Below the pieces are notes generated by a model. The model saw only the letters and a list, made by a program, of their open reading frames with translations. It made no database searches and was not told the origin of the DNA. This document shows, in pieces, positions 9,497-19,217 of a DNA stretch of 27,313 nt; position 1 is the stretch's first letter, and every line of letters starts with the position of its first letter. Source of the DNA: Nitrospinales bacterium (GTDB lineage: Bacteria; Nitrospinota; Nitrospinia; Nitrospinales; JAJDAT01). Where the stretch lies: the NCBI GenBank assembly GCA_046757665.1, contig JBHHYO010000037.1:1-27313 (forward strand), written 5' to 3'. The position numbers and the translations under genes are program-made.

Positions 9497-10608
9497 CACA
9501 GCCGGTTTTGCACGATGTGCCGGGTTTTTTCGCAAACCAGGCCGGCGGGAATCCGCACCATGCAGTGTTGAATGATATCACAGGTTTTCTTGTAGCAGGG
9601 GGCGCATTCGATGGGGCTGACGATAATTTCCCCGCGCCCGTAAAGATCGATTTCCTGCGGACAGGTCGGCCCGAAAATCGCCAGGACGTGTTTGCCGTGG
9701 CCGATGGCCAGGTGCATGGGCAGGGTATCGCCGGTGATCACCAGGTCGCAGTTGCGGATGATGGCGGAAAACTGGGGCAGGGTGTGGTGGTTGCCGGCAT
9801 CCAGAACCGGGGAACGCAGGCGTTGTTTGATTGCGGCGTTTTTTTCGACTTCCGCCTTGCCGCCCAGGAGTAGCACTTGCACGCCGTCCATCCCGTTCAA
9901 CGAGTCGATCAGGGTCGCATAGCCTTCGACGGTCCAGGATTTGTTGGCGAACAGCGGCCCGGCGCCGGGGCAGACGCCGACCAGCCGGGAACCGTTGCGC
10001 ACGCCGGTTGTCCGCAAAACCTGCGCGGCGTATTCGGACTCCTCGGGCCGCACCGTCAACTCGTACGGCTCGCCATGGTACTCCAACCCGACCGCCTCGA
10101 AAATGATTTCCTGGTAGGTTTTGCGGTTTTTGCGAAACTTCAACTCATCGTCGAGGCCCAGTTCAAAGGCGTGCTGGCACTCCGGGTTCAAGGGAAAAAT
10201 GTTGCCGTAGCGTGAGAGGCCAAAGCCTTTCTTCTCCCCGGCGTTGATTTGCATGGCCCAGGCGGCGGCGCGCGCATCCTTGTCCAGGGAAAGCAGAAGG
10301 TCGAACTCCTCCACCGCAAGTTGCAGGCGGGTCTCTTCCCGAAACTCGAACAGGCGGTCGATATGGCGGTTGTCCCGCAACAAGTCGTAGGATGCCGGGT
10401 CCACGACCCAGGTGATATGCGACTGCGGATAGCGGGTTTTCAAGGCGGCCAGCAGGGGCGTTGTGCGCAGAACGTCGCCCATGGCGGCCAGCTTGACGAT
10501 CAGAATACGCTTGCCCATGGGGCTGTACTCGTCACAGCCTTCACAGGGTCTCTTGAATTTGCAGGGCTTCTCGCCGTTAAAATATCGGCAATCGGGTTTG
10601 ATAATCAT
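9496..10608 (-). CDS. Glycosyltransferase family 9 (heptosyltransferase-like) with Cys-rich termini
   Basis: ILIVKLAAMGDVLRTTP, GDTLPMHLA, IFGPT, C-terminal CAPCYKKTC; N-terminal C-x8-C-x5-C-x2-C. Confidence 0.9.
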   Translation of the reverse strand: MIIKPDCRYFNGEKPCKFKRPCEGCDEYSPMGKRILIVKLAAMGDVLRTTPLLAALKTRYPQSHITWVVDPASYDLLRDNRHIDRLFEFREETRLQLAVEEFDLLLSLDKDARAAAWAMQINAGEKKGFGLSRYGNIFPLNPECQHAFELGLDDELKFRKNRKTYQEIIFEAVGLEYHGEPYELTVRPEESEYAAQVLRTTGVRNGSRLVGVCPGAGPLFANKSWTVEGYATLIDSLNGMDGVQVLLLGGKAEVEKNAAIKQRLRSPVLDAGNHHTLPQFSAIIRNCDLVITGDTLPMHLAIGHGKHVLAIFGPTCPQEIDLYGRGEIIVSPIECAPCYKKTCDIIQHCMVRIPAGLVCEKTRHIVQNRL

Positions 10609-10641
10609 GAAATGATCTTTGCGCGCCTCAAGGTTGAAAAA

Positions 10642-12177
10642 TTAAACCTCCAAAAGGCCTCCCTTGTAGTTTTGACACAGGAAAAACCGGAAGGTGCGGA
10701 CGGTTTGTCCTTTCCACTCGATGGGCAAGGAGTTCAGTTCCATCACCGAGTCGAAATGTTGCTTGACCAGAGGGAGGTTTCCGCGTCCCTCGACAAACAC
10801 GTAAAGACCGTCTTTCCCGGCCAGGTGATCGAGGTTTCCCAGGTAGGGGTATCGTTTCAGGCCATGGATTCTGTAGGTTTGCGGTTGTCCCGGAATGTAA
10901 AACCCCAACTCGCCGGTAATCTGGTGGCGGTCGGCGAACACAAAAATTTTACGGGGCCTGCCGGTGTTCTGCAAGAGTTTTCCGGCCTTCCGGCCCAGTT
11001 GTTCCCAACCGTAGGCTCTTTTGGCAAAGACGTCCGATTGGAGCGACAGCGGGATGATATTAAACATCGCCTGGACATGAACCGCCACGGCGACCAGGAT
11101 TCCCGTATAGACGGCGGTTTCCTTGACGAAGCCGAGCATGGTGTTGCCGGCCGCCCGGTCGCGCCCGCCACGGGAGAAGTAAAGCCCCACCATGGCAAGC
11201 GTCGCGGGGAAATAGGCCATGACCGGCCAGTTGCCCTCCACCTTGCTGTTAAAACTGACGAGCAGGAAAAACAGGAAAATCGGCACGGAAAAAGCCAGCA
11301 AAAAGAGAAACCGGTCGTCTCTCTCCTTGCGCCAGAACTGATAGCAATAGACCAGCGCCGCGACCAGGGCGGTAAAAACAAAAGGCGTGACCAGCATCGC
11401 CTGGCTCCCCAGGTACTCCAGAACGCTTGTGACAGGCTCAACCGGCTTGCCCGTGAAACCGTGGGAAGCCTGAAAGCCGAAGGAAATCCAGCCGTTCGCC
11501 GCATTCCAGATGATGACCGGACTGAACACCAGCGCCGCCAGCGCCAGCGCCAGCCAAGGTTCTTTTTGCCCGAGAACGTGCTTGTGGCGAAAGGACAGAC
11601 CCAGGAACAACGCCGTACAGGGCGCCAGCAGGATTCCGGTGTACTTGCTCAACAGGGAACATCCCAGGGACAGCCCGGAGTAATACCAGAAATGCGGTTT
11701 CTGCTTGAAAATGGCGTGGAAAAGCAGGTACAGGGTCAGGGCGCTGAAAAAGACCTGGGGAGTGTCCGGGGTGATCACCACGGAGCCCAGCGAAAAGATC
11801 AGGATCACGTTCAGCCAGAGAACGCAATAAAACCCGACTTTTGCGCTTTCAAAGATGTCCCTGCCGAGAAAATACGTCACCAGGGACAAACCGATTCCCG
11901 GAATGACGGCGGCCAGCCGCACAAAAAATTCGGTACTGCCTCCTATCCCGGTCGTCAGGGCGATAAGGAATGCCACCATCGGAGGGTGGTCGAAATAACT
12001 CCACTGCAAATGCCGCGACCAGTCCCAGTAGTAAGCCTCGTCGCCGGTGAGATTCAGGCGGGTGATCAGAAACAGGCGAACGGCGGTGGCCAGAACCAGA
12101 AAAATTGTAAGTCGGGTTGTGTACGGTTTCACAAGTAACCGGACGGATGTACGACGACGCTCGGGAACGTCCAGCAC
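10642..12177 (-). CDS. ArnT/PMT-like (GT-C) membrane glycosyltransferase
   Basis: DEAYYWDWS, YFDHPPM, TPDTP, LLSKYT and many transmembrane helices; start uncertain. Confidence 0.88.
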   Translation of the reverse strand: MLDVPERRRTSVRLLVKPYTTRLTIFLVLATAVRLFLITRLNLTGDEAYYWDWSRHLQWSYFDHPPMVAFLIALTTGIGGSTEFFVRLAAVIPGIGLSLVTYFLGRDIFESAKVGFYCVLWLNVILIFSLGSVVITPDTPQVFFSALTLYLLFHAIFKQKPHFWYYSGLSLGCSLLSKYTGILLAPCTALFLGLSFRHKHVLGQKEPWLALALAALVFSPVIIWNAANGWISFGFQASHGFTGKPVEPVTSVLEYLGSQAMLVTPFVFTALVAALVYCYQFWRKERDDRFLFLLAFSVPIFLFFLLVSFNSKVEGNWPVMAYFPATLAMVGLYFSRGGRDRAAGNTMLGFVKETAVYTGILVAVAVHVQAMFNIIPLSLQSDVFAKRAYGWEQLGRKAGKLLQNTGRPRKIFVFADRHQITGELGFYIPGQPQTYRIHGLKRYPYLGNLDHLAGKDGLYVFVEGRGNLPLVKQHFDSVMELNSLPIEWKGQTVRTFRFFLCQNYKGGLLEV

Positions 12178-12296
12178 ATGGGTGGGAAAGATGGTTTAAA
12201 AAACTCCAAACGCCAGCGACGGACGACACGGGACCAATTTTGTCTGGAACAAAATGGTATCGGGTTAACCGCTGGAAATAAGGAAAGAGTTATCCG

Positions 12297-12587
12297 CTAT
12301 TCCTGGGAATTGTCAGTATCGACCAGCTCTCTCAGCTCCTTGCCCGCCTTGAAGAATGGAACTTTCTTGCCGGGGACATTGACGGTTTCGCCGGATTTCG
12401 GATTTCTGCCAATCCTCGGGTTGCGCTCGCGGATACGAAAACTGCCGAACCCTCGAAGTTCAACCTTTTTACCCTGGCTGAGCGATTCCGTAATGCTTTG
12501 AAATACTGTGCTTACTACGACTTCCGTTTGCTTTTTGGTCAAATTGATTTGACCGGCAACTTTCGCAACCAGCTCCGCCTTGGTCAT
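12297..12587 (-). CDS. ihfB: Integration host factor beta subunit / HU-family protein
   Basis: MTKAELV, VELRGFGSF, GRNPKSGE, PFFKAGKELRE; conserved position after rpsA-sppA. Confidence 0.9.
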   Translation of the reverse strand: MTKAELVAKVAGQINLTKKQTEVVVSTVFQSITESLSQGKKVELRGFGSFRIRERNPRIGRNPKSGETVNVPGKKVPFFKAGKELRELVDTDNSQE

Positions 12588-12647
12588 CAAAAATTTCCCC
12601 CGATATGTTTATATTGATATTGAAGGTATTGGGAAAAATCGGATGGA

Positions 12648-12675
12648 AGTATATCATCAAAGTCAATTAAGTCAA
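12648..12675 (-). promoter_or_regulatory. Putative internal sigma-70 promoter for ihfB
   Basis: Minus strand TTGACT-16 bp-TATACT with an extended TG, in the AT-rich sppA-ihfB gap. Confidence 0.55.
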
Positions 12676-12701
12676 GGGCTTTCAGAGTGTTTTTCCGGCT
12701 C

Positions 12702-13607
12702 TCAGCCACGCCAGAGGTATTGCAGGACCGGGAGCTTGTCATAAGAGGCTATCGTATCGGCGATCCGCGCTGGTGAATAGCCTTCGATCAGCCAGCTTAA
12801 AAGACTGCGAAACTCCTTTTCCTGAATCAGCTTGGGACGTTTTTTCAGATCAAGGAGTTGCATCAGCAACTCGACGCTGTCTTCAAAACCTCCCAGTTGG
12901 TCCACAAGATTGAACTTCATGGCCTGCCTGCCGGTAAATATGCGCCCGTCGGCCAGTTTGTTGACTTCATCAAGGGGCATATTGCGGGCCTTGGAAACGG
13001 CTTCGGCAAACTGTTGATGCACGTCATCGAGAACCTGTTGCAGGATTTTGCGCTCCTCAGCCAGCATGGGGCGCAAGGGAGAACCGGCATCCTTGAATTT
13101 TCCGCTTTTGATCACTTGAGGTTTGATGCCGATTTTGTCCATCAATTTCTGGATGTTGGAAGAGGCCATGATTACCCCGATGCTACCGGTCAAGGTTCCG
13201 GGGTTGGCAACGATGCGGTCGGCGGAGCTGGCGATGTAATACCCGCCGGAAGCCGCCAGACTGCCCATGGAAGCGATGATCTTCTTTGTGTCCCGGGTTT
13301 TCAGCACTTCATTGTAAATTTCCTGCGAGGGCGCCACCGCGCCGCCGGGAGAATCGATCCGCAGAATAATCCCCTTGATCGAAGGGTCCTCCCGATACTT
13401 GACCAACTGGCGAACCACGTCCCGGGAATCCGTAATAATTCCGTGCACTTCCACAACGCCGACTTTTGGCCGCGCCGCAACCAGCTGGTCCGGCAGAAAG
13501 ACGGCCAGAATTCGCGAAAGACCCACCAGCGCCAGGACTCCCACAAAAAAGTAGAATAGCCGGACAAGAAAAGACTTTTTCTTTCGTGGTGCGTTTACCG
13601 CTTCCAT
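12702..13607 (-). CDS. sppA: Signal peptide peptidase SppA (36K type)
   Basis: RIDSPGG, AASGGYYIA, GSIGV, KSGKFKD, ADGRIFTG; N-terminal transmembrane helix. Confidence 0.95.
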   Translation of the reverse strand: MEAVNAPRKKKSFLVRLFYFFVGVLALVGLSRILAVFLPDQLVAARPKVGVVEVHGIITDSRDVVRQLVKYREDPSIKGIILRIDSPGGAVAPSQEIYNEVLKTRDTKKIIASMGSLAASGGYYIASSADRIVANPGTLTGSIGVIMASSNIQKLMDKIGIKPQVIKSGKFKDAGSPLRPMLAEERKILQQVLDDVHQQFAEAVSKARNMPLDEVNKLADGRIFTGRQAMKFNLVDQLGGFEDSVELLMQLLDLKKRPKLIQEKEFRSLLSWLIEGYSPARIADTIASYDKLPVLQYLWRG

Positions 13608-13623
13608 AATACAACCCGCCGGC

Positions 13624-15327
13624 TCATGTTTCGTCCTTGGCGCCGGTCTTGCCGTTTTCCATCAGAGCCTGTTCCTGCTCGATTGCCGAAACGTCCATGT
13701 CGGCCTCATAGGCCTTGATGCTCAGGCCGATCTTCTTGTTTGTCGTATCCACCTTGACCACCTTTGCCTTGACGACGTCACCCACCTTGACCACTTTTTC
13801 CGGGTGCGAGACTTTCTCGGTGCTCAATTGGGAGATATGAATCAAGCCTTCCAATCCATCGTCGAATTCGGCAAAAGCGCCGAACCCGGTGGTTTTGATA
13901 ATGGTTGCGGTCACCTCCGTTCCCACGGGCACACGCTCGGCGATGTCGTCCCAGGGGTTGGGTTGCAATTGTTTGATCCCCAGGGAAATGCGAAAGGCGT
14001 CCTTGTCGATGTGCAGGACAACGGCCTTGACTTGCTCCTTTTTCTTGATGACTTCCGACGGATGTTTGATCTTGCCCCAGGAAAGGTCGGAAATATGGAT
14101 CAACCCGTCCACTCCGTCCTCCAGTTCCACAAAGGCCCCGAAATCCGCCAGGTTTCTCACCGTACCGGTTACCTCGGAGCCGATGGGATACTTGTTTTCG
14201 ATGTCTTCCCAGGGATTCGGTTCAACCTGCTTCATTCCCAGGGAGATGCGCTTCTTTTCCTTGTCGAGAGTCAGGACGACGGCTTCCACCATATCGTGAA
14301 TGGAAACGATTTTGCTGGGATGCTTGGTTTGGCGGCTCCAGGACATTTCCGAAATATGGACGAGGCCCTCGATGCCTTTTTCAAGTTCGATGAAGGCGCC
14401 GTAATCCGTAATGCTCACCACCTTGCCGGTGATTTTGGAATTCACCGGATATTTATTCTCCAGGTCGATCCACGGGTCGGGGGTGATCTGCTTGAGTCCC
14501 AGGGAAACCCGCTCGCTTTCCTTGTCGAATTTGAGGACCATCACCTTTATTTTGTCGCCGATGGAGAACATTTCGGAAGGATGGTTCACGCGCCCCCAGG
14601 ACATGTCGGTAATGTGCAATAGCCCGTCGATGCCGCCCAGGTCGATAAACACGCCGTAGTCCGTGATGTTTTTGACAATGCCGTCCACCAGGTTGCCTTC
14701 CTTCATGTTTGCCAGGGTTTCATGGCGGGCCTGCTTGCGCTGTTCCTCAAGCAGAATCCTGCGCGAGCAGACGATGTTGCCTCGTTTCTTGTTCATCTTG
14801 ATGATTTTCATCTGGAACTTTTCGCCGATCAGTTTTTCCAGATTGCGAATGGGACGGAGGTCGATTTGCGATCCCGGCAAAAAAGCCTTGAGGCCGATGT
14901 CCACCGTCAATCCCCCCTTGGCCTTGGCCACCACGGTGCCCTCGATGGTTTCATCGTTTTCCGAGGCCTTGACCAGCAGGTCCCAAACCTTGATTTTGTC
15001 GGCCTTCTCCTTGGACAAAACCACGACGCCGTGTTCGTCCTCGATTCTTTCGAGAAACACCTCGATCTCGTCGCCTATCTTGAGTGTCTTCTCGCCGCTG
15101 GGGAACTCGTCGAGGCTGACGATGCCCTCCGATTTAAATCCTACGTCCAGGGTGACCGTTTCCTTGGAAACGTCGATTACCTTGCCGAAAATAAGTTCCC
15201 CGGCCTTGAATTTTTTTAGGCTACGGTCATAGAATTCCTCCATTTCTCGGAACTCGGCTTTTTCCTGTTCGGTCATCTCCTCCTGTTCGTCCATATCCAG
15301 GTCCAGGGTATTCGATTTGTCCTTCAT
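13624..15327 (-). CDS. rpsA: 30S ribosomal protein S1
   Basis: Six S1 repeats, AFLPGSQID, KNITDYGVFIDLGGIDGLLHITDMSW. Confidence 0.98.
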   Translation of the reverse strand: MKDKSNTLDLDMDEQEEMTEQEKAEFREMEEFYDRSLKKFKAGELIFGKVIDVSKETVTLDVGFKSEGIVSLDEFPSGEKTLKIGDEIEVFLERIEDEHGVVVLSKEKADKIKVWDLLVKASENDETIEGTVVAKAKGGLTVDIGLKAFLPGSQIDLRPIRNLEKLIGEKFQMKIIKMNKKRGNIVCSRRILLEEQRKQARHETLANMKEGNLVDGIVKNITDYGVFIDLGGIDGLLHITDMSWGRVNHPSEMFSIGDKIKVMVLKFDKESERVSLGLKQITPDPWIDLENKYPVNSKITGKVVSITDYGAFIELEKGIEGLVHISEMSWSRQTKHPSKIVSIHDMVEAVVLTLDKEKKRISLGMKQVEPNPWEDIENKYPIGSEVTGTVRNLADFGAFVELEDGVDGLIHISDLSWGKIKHPSEVIKKKEQVKAVVLHIDKDAFRISLGIKQLQPNPWDDIAERVPVGTEVTATIIKTTGFGAFAEFDDGLEGLIHISQLSTEKVSHPEKVVKVGDVVKAKVVKVDTTNKKIGLSIKAYEADMDVSAIEQEQALMENGKTGAKDET

Positions 15328-15354
15328 GGTGATTCAATCCTTTCGTAAAATTTT

Positions 15355-16020
15355 TCAGACATTGGCGGCGGGCCCGATGTGTTCCACTACCTTGTCCACG
15401 ACTTCATCAATGGTTAAATGGGTGGTATCCAGGTAAATAGCGTCCTTGGCCCGAATCAGCGGGGCGATTTTTCTGTGCGCGTCTTCATAATCGCGTTGCT
15501 TGATTTGCGCGACGATCTTTTCCAGGTTGACTTGCTGTTGCTTGGCCCTCAGTTCGTGGTAGCGGCGTTTCCCCCGCTCGACGGGGTCGGCGTCAAAATA
15601 GAACTTGATGTCGGCATGGGGGAACACCACGGTGCCGATATCCCGCCCCTCCATGACGATTTTCCCTTCGTGGCCCATGTGGCGTTGCAGGGCGGTCATG
15701 ATTTCGCGGACCTTGGGCTGGCTGGCGACGACGGCGGCGCCTTTGCCCACCACCTCGCTCTTGAGGATTTGCGTGACGTCGTTGCCGTTGACCATTACTT
15801 TTTGCCCATCCGGATGGGGAACAAATTCGATGTCCAGTTCCGCCGCCACCCGGGCAACCTGTTCCCGGTCATTCAGGTCCATGCCGTTGTTTTGCGCGGT
15901 CCAGGCGACGGCGCGGTACATGGCTCCGCTGTTGATGTAGCGAAACGCCAGTTTTTCGGCGATGGTTTTGGCGATGGTGCTCTTGCCGCTCCCGGCCGGT
16001 CCGTCAATCGCGATAATCAT
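15355..16020 (-). CDS. cmk: Cytidylate kinase
   Basis: IAIDGPAGSGKST, GAMYRA, MEGRDIGTVVFP. Confidence 0.97.
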   Translation of the reverse strand: MIIAIDGPAGSGKSTIAKTIAEKLAFRYINSGAMYRAVAWTAQNNGMDLNDREQVARVAAELDIEFVPHPDGQKVMVNGNDVTQILKSEVVGKGAAVVASQPKVREIMTALQRHMGHEGKIVMEGRDIGTVVFPHADIKFYFDADPVERGKRRYHELRAKQQQVNLEKIVAQIKQRDYEDAHRKIAPLIRAKDAIYLDTTHLTIDEVVDKVVEHIGPAANV

Positions 16021-16024
16021 TCAG

Positions 16025-16897
16025 TTATTTCCTGAACGCCGGTTCAAACGTTTCCCTGGCGTTCGTAAATAGTTTGACCAAATAGTCCTCTTCCTCCCTG
16101 CCGATTCCCGATTTGATTTCGTCCAGGGTGTCCTCGAACCGTTCGATAATGTCCAGCACCGCGTCCTTGTTGAAAATGCAGATGTCCTTCCACATAACCG
16201 GTTCGCTGACAGCCAGGCGTGACATGCTTTTCAAGCCGTTGCCGCCGTATGAGGCGATCACCTGGCCTTGCCGCGTTTTCAGGCCGGCAATGGTGTTTAC
16301 CAGCGCGAAAGCGACGATGTGAGGCAAATGGCTGACCGCTCCGTAAACGATGTCGTGCTCGCTCGCATCCATCGACAAAACCGTCGAGCCCAGCTTTTGC
16401 CACAACTCGGTGACGCGGCCCAGGGCGGCCCGGTCGGTGTTCGGCGTGGGCGTGACGACGCATTTCGCGTTTTCAAACAAGTCCGGGTCGGAAGCCGCGA
16501 ACCCGGATTTTTCACTGCCGGCGATGGGGTGCGTCCCGACAAAACAAACGCCCGCGGGAAGCGCTTTCTCCATTTCCTCGACCACGGGGGCCTTGACCGA
16601 GCCGACATCAATGAGAATGCAACCCTTGCGGAGAGCGGGAATCATGGCGCGGGCGCAACGCGCGATACTGCCCACGGGGGTGCAGATGACAATCAGGTCG
16701 GACCCCCTGGCGGCCGCGGGCAGGTCGGTGAACGCTTCATCAATGAGACCCTGTCTTTTGGCCGCTTCGATGTTCTCGCGGTTTCTGCCGCAACCGACGA
16801 TTTTGCCGGCCAGGCCGCGCCGGCGGCACGCCTGGGCCAGCGACCCGCCTAAAAGGCCCACGCCGACTATCGTTATCTGTTCAAACAAGGGTTTCAT
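16025..16897 (-). CDS. tyrA: Prephenate/arogenate dehydrogenase
   Basis: GVGLLGGS Rossmann motif, DVGSVK, HPIAGSEKSG, HD...VSHLPH; start at ATG 16897 just after the pheA stop. Confidence 0.93.
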   Translation of the reverse strand: MKPLFEQITIVGVGLLGGSLAQACRRRGLAGKIVGCGRNRENIEAAKRQGLIDEAFTDLPAAARGSDLIVICTPVGSIARCARAMIPALRKGCILIDVGSVKAPVVEEMEKALPAGVCFVGTHPIAGSEKSGFAASDPDLFENAKCVVTPTPNTDRAALGRVTELWQKLGSTVLSMDASEHDIVYGAVSHLPHIVAFALVNTIAGLKTRQGQVIASYGGNGLKSMSRLAVSEPVMWKDICIFNKDAVLDIIERFEDTLDEIKSGIGREEEDYLVKLFTNARETFEPAFRK

Positions 16898-16905
16898 GGT
16901 TCGGC

Positions 16906-17979
16906 TCAGACCTTTTGTGGATAAGAACCCAGAACGTTTAAAAACAGGCATCGCCGTTTCAACAGCTCGATCACCCGAGCGATGGCCTTGTCCTCGATAT
17001 GGCCTTCAAAATCGAGGTAAAACAGGTATTCCCAGGGCCGGTTCCGCAGGGGCCTGGATTCGATCCTGGATAAATTGATTTTGTTCCGGGCAAACAGTTG
17101 CAGTGTTTTCAGGAGCGCCCCGGCCTCGTCCTTGATGGAAAACATGATGGACGTTTTATTGGACTTCGCCCGTTTGGCGGGCGTTTTGCCGATGACGAGA
17201 AAGCGAGTGTAGTTTTCCGTGCGGTCCTGGATATTTGCGGCGTGGACGCTCAACCGGTAATGCTCGGCGGCCAGTTTCCCGGAAATCGCCGCGGCGTGCT
17301 TGTTCTTGACCGCCATCTCTGCGGCGGTGGCGGTGCTGGAGGTCTCCACTTTCTCGACCTCCGGCAGGTGGCGGTTCAACCAGTTCCGGCACTGCGCCAG
17401 GGGGTTGGGGTGGGAATAGACCACCTTGATCTCGCTGGGGTCTTGCACCCGCGACAATAAATAGAGCGAGATACCCAGCTTGATTTCATCGCAAATCAAA
17501 AGAGGCGAATCGACGAAGCAATCCAGCGTCAGGTTGACCACGCCCTCGCTGGAGTTTTCGATGGGGACGACGCCGTAGTCGGCGCCGCCGCGCTCCACTT
17601 CGTGGAAAATGGCGTCAATGGCCGGGTGCGGCAAAAACACCGTCCCATGACCGAATTGCTTGATGGCCGCCTGGTGGGTGAAGGTGGTTTCCGGGCCCAG
17701 ATAGGCGATCTTGAGAGGTTTCTCCAGCGCCAGTGTCGCCGAGAAAATCTCCCGAAAAACCGCCTCCACCGAGGTGTTCGGAAACGGGCCCCGGTTGGCT
17801 TCCTTGAGGCGGTCAATGATCTCCCGCTCCCGATGGGGAACGTGGAAATGGTTGTCGCCGCCCCGCTTGGATTTTTCCCTGCCGATTTTGATAGCCAGCT
17901 CGGCTCGGCGGTTGATCATCTTCAACAGCCGGTCGTCGATCCGGTCTATCTTGTCGCGTAAAATAGCAATTTCGCGCAA
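16906..17979 (-). CDS. pheA: Chorismate mutase / prephenate dehydratase (P-protein)
   Basis: LRDKIDRID chorismate mutase domain, AYLGP, VPIENSSEG, NYTRF, ACT domain IESRP; TTG start. Confidence 0.96.
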   Translation of the reverse strand: MREIAILRDKIDRIDDRLLKMINRRAELAIKIGREKSKRGGDNHFHVPHREREIIDRLKEANRGPFPNTSVEAVFREIFSATLALEKPLKIAYLGPETTFTHQAAIKQFGHGTVFLPHPAIDAIFHEVERGGADYGVVPIENSSEGVVNLTLDCFVDSPLLICDEIKLGISLYLLSRVQDPSEIKVVYSHPNPLAQCRNWLNRHLPEVEKVETSSTATAAEMAVKNKHAAAISGKLAAEHYRLSVHAANIQDRTENYTRFLVIGKTPAKRAKSNKTSIMFSIKDEAGALLKTLQLFARNKINLSRIESRPLRNRPWEYLFYLDFEGHIEDKAIARVIELLKRRCLFLNVLGSYPQKV

Positions 17980-18035
17980 ATACCGCTACCAACTTTCCTT
18001 GGGAATGATTCGAATTTTTGGGATTTCGAATTGGC

Positions 18036-18064
18036 TTGATCATTTCATATTTGGGCCATAAAAT
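18036..18064 (+). promoter_or_regulatory. Putative sigma-70 promoter for the MTH1187 gene
   Basis: TTGATC-17 bp-TAAAAT, followed by RBS AAGGAG before ATG 18094. Confidence 0.45.
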
Positions 18065-18093
18065 GCAAGCATATTTTTCAAGGAGATCCGAAT

Positions 18094-18402
18094 ATGGTGC
18101 TTCTCGAATTCAGCATGACTCCCCTGGACAAAGGCGAAAGCGTCAGCCCCTACGTCAGCCGGTCGCTGAAAATCATCGACGAAAGCGGACTGGACTACCG
18201 GCTCAACCCCATGGGCACGGTTCTGGAGGGGGAATGGGACGAGGTGATGGCGGTCGTCAAACAATGCTACGAGGCCATGAGCGCCGACTGCAACCGCATC
18301 ACCTGCTCCATCAAAATCGACGCCCGTAAAGGCCACAAGGGCCGACTGCAATCCAAGGTCGCCTCGGTCGAGGCCAAACTGGGCAAAACGCTGAAGAAAT
18401 AA
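18094..18402 (+). CDS. MTH1187/YkoF-like thiamine-binding family protein
   Basis: FSMTP...SVSPYV...SGLDYRLNPMGTVLEG...IKID.R...KVASVE; strong RBS. Confidence 0.9.
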   Translation: MVLLEFSMTPLDKGESVSPYVSRSLKIIDESGLDYRLNPMGTVLEGEWDEVMAVVKQCYEAMSADCNRITCSIKIDARKGHKGRLQSKVASVEAKLGKTLKK

Positions 18403-18505
18403 TCCGACCGCCGATCCGCGCCCCGGCAAGTGGGAAGGTTGATGGCAAAACCCCGTTGCCAAACCAATCCGAACAGCCGAAAACGGAACGGGAGGTTTCA
18501 TTACC

Positions 18506-18698
18506 ATGGAAAAAACTGTTTTTTTTCGCCCTGCTCGCCCCTTGCCTTTTCCTTGCCGCGCCTGGCTGTACGATTACCGGTTCACCGATTCCGCCGTCAG
18601 AGAGAAGAACGGCGCCTGGTGGCGACGCCAACGCCTCCAACCCTACACCCCGGTCTTCCACCTGCCCGATTCCCTGTAGCGCCTCTTATTCCGAATAA
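18506..18698 (+). pseudogene. Possible degraded lipoprotein gene
   Basis: GGAGG RBS (18491-18495) and ATG 18506 lie one base out of frame with KKLFFFALLAPCLFLAAPGC, a lipoprotein-like signal peptide. Confidence 0.3.
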
Positions 18699-18928
18699 AA
18701 ATGACTTCTTAATTCAGTGTCCGGGATGTAAGCCAACGCTTGCCGATAAATCGCGCGAAGCGTACCGGTGTCAATTTCCTTGTGATTGGGAAGAGTAAGA
18801 GTTTGTCTTTTGCCGTCTACAATCCTTGCCAACTTGACATGACTGCCTTTTTGTCCGGCAAGGGTAAAGCCGAAGTTTTTCAGGATAGAAATCAGTTGCG
18901 TTCCGGACAAACGCCTAAGTTTGGGCAT
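18686..18928 (-). CDS. hicA: HicA-family mRNA interferase toxin, intact
   Basis: MPKLRRLSG...LKNFGF...QKGSHVKL...LPNHKEIDTGTLRAI; start overlaps the hicB 3' end. Confidence 0.9.
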   Translation of the reverse strand: MPKLRRLSGTQLISILKNFGFTLAGQKGSHVKLARIVDGKRQTLTLPNHKEIDTGTLRAIYRQALAYIPDTELRSHFYSE

Positions 18929-19151
18929 GGACCGGTTCAAGCTCCATGCTGACAATGAGCGGCGCGTCAGGTGAAAGGCCGGATTCTTCCGGCGTTTCGT
19001 CCTCAAAATGGAGGGCCAACGCCTCTTTTATATTTTTAACGGTATCGTCTATCGACTTTCCCTGGGTAATGACCGGCAGACTGACGCACTCGGCCACATA
19101 GCCGCTTTCTGTGCCTGGATACAAGATAATTTGTATTACGTTGCGTTTCAT
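18915..19151 (-). CDS. hicB: Short HicB-family antitoxin, intact
   Basis: GYVAECVSLPVITQGKSIDDTVKNIKEALALHFEDE; 78 aa with no evident DNA-binding domain. Confidence 0.9.
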   Translation of the reverse strand: MKRNVIQIILYPGTESGYVAECVSLPVITQGKSIDDTVKNIKEALALHFEDETPEESGLSPDAPLIVSMELEPVHAQT

Positions 19152-19217
19152 TTAATTTCCCTGCCTCCGATTTTTAACCCAGCCCCTACGATCCAATTAA
19201 AATCCCATTTTTACCAT

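Noticed and set aside
10249-12138. 629-aa plus-strand ORF
   Set aside because: Antisense shadow of the ArnT-like and GT9 genes in GC-rich DNA; no recognizable motifs
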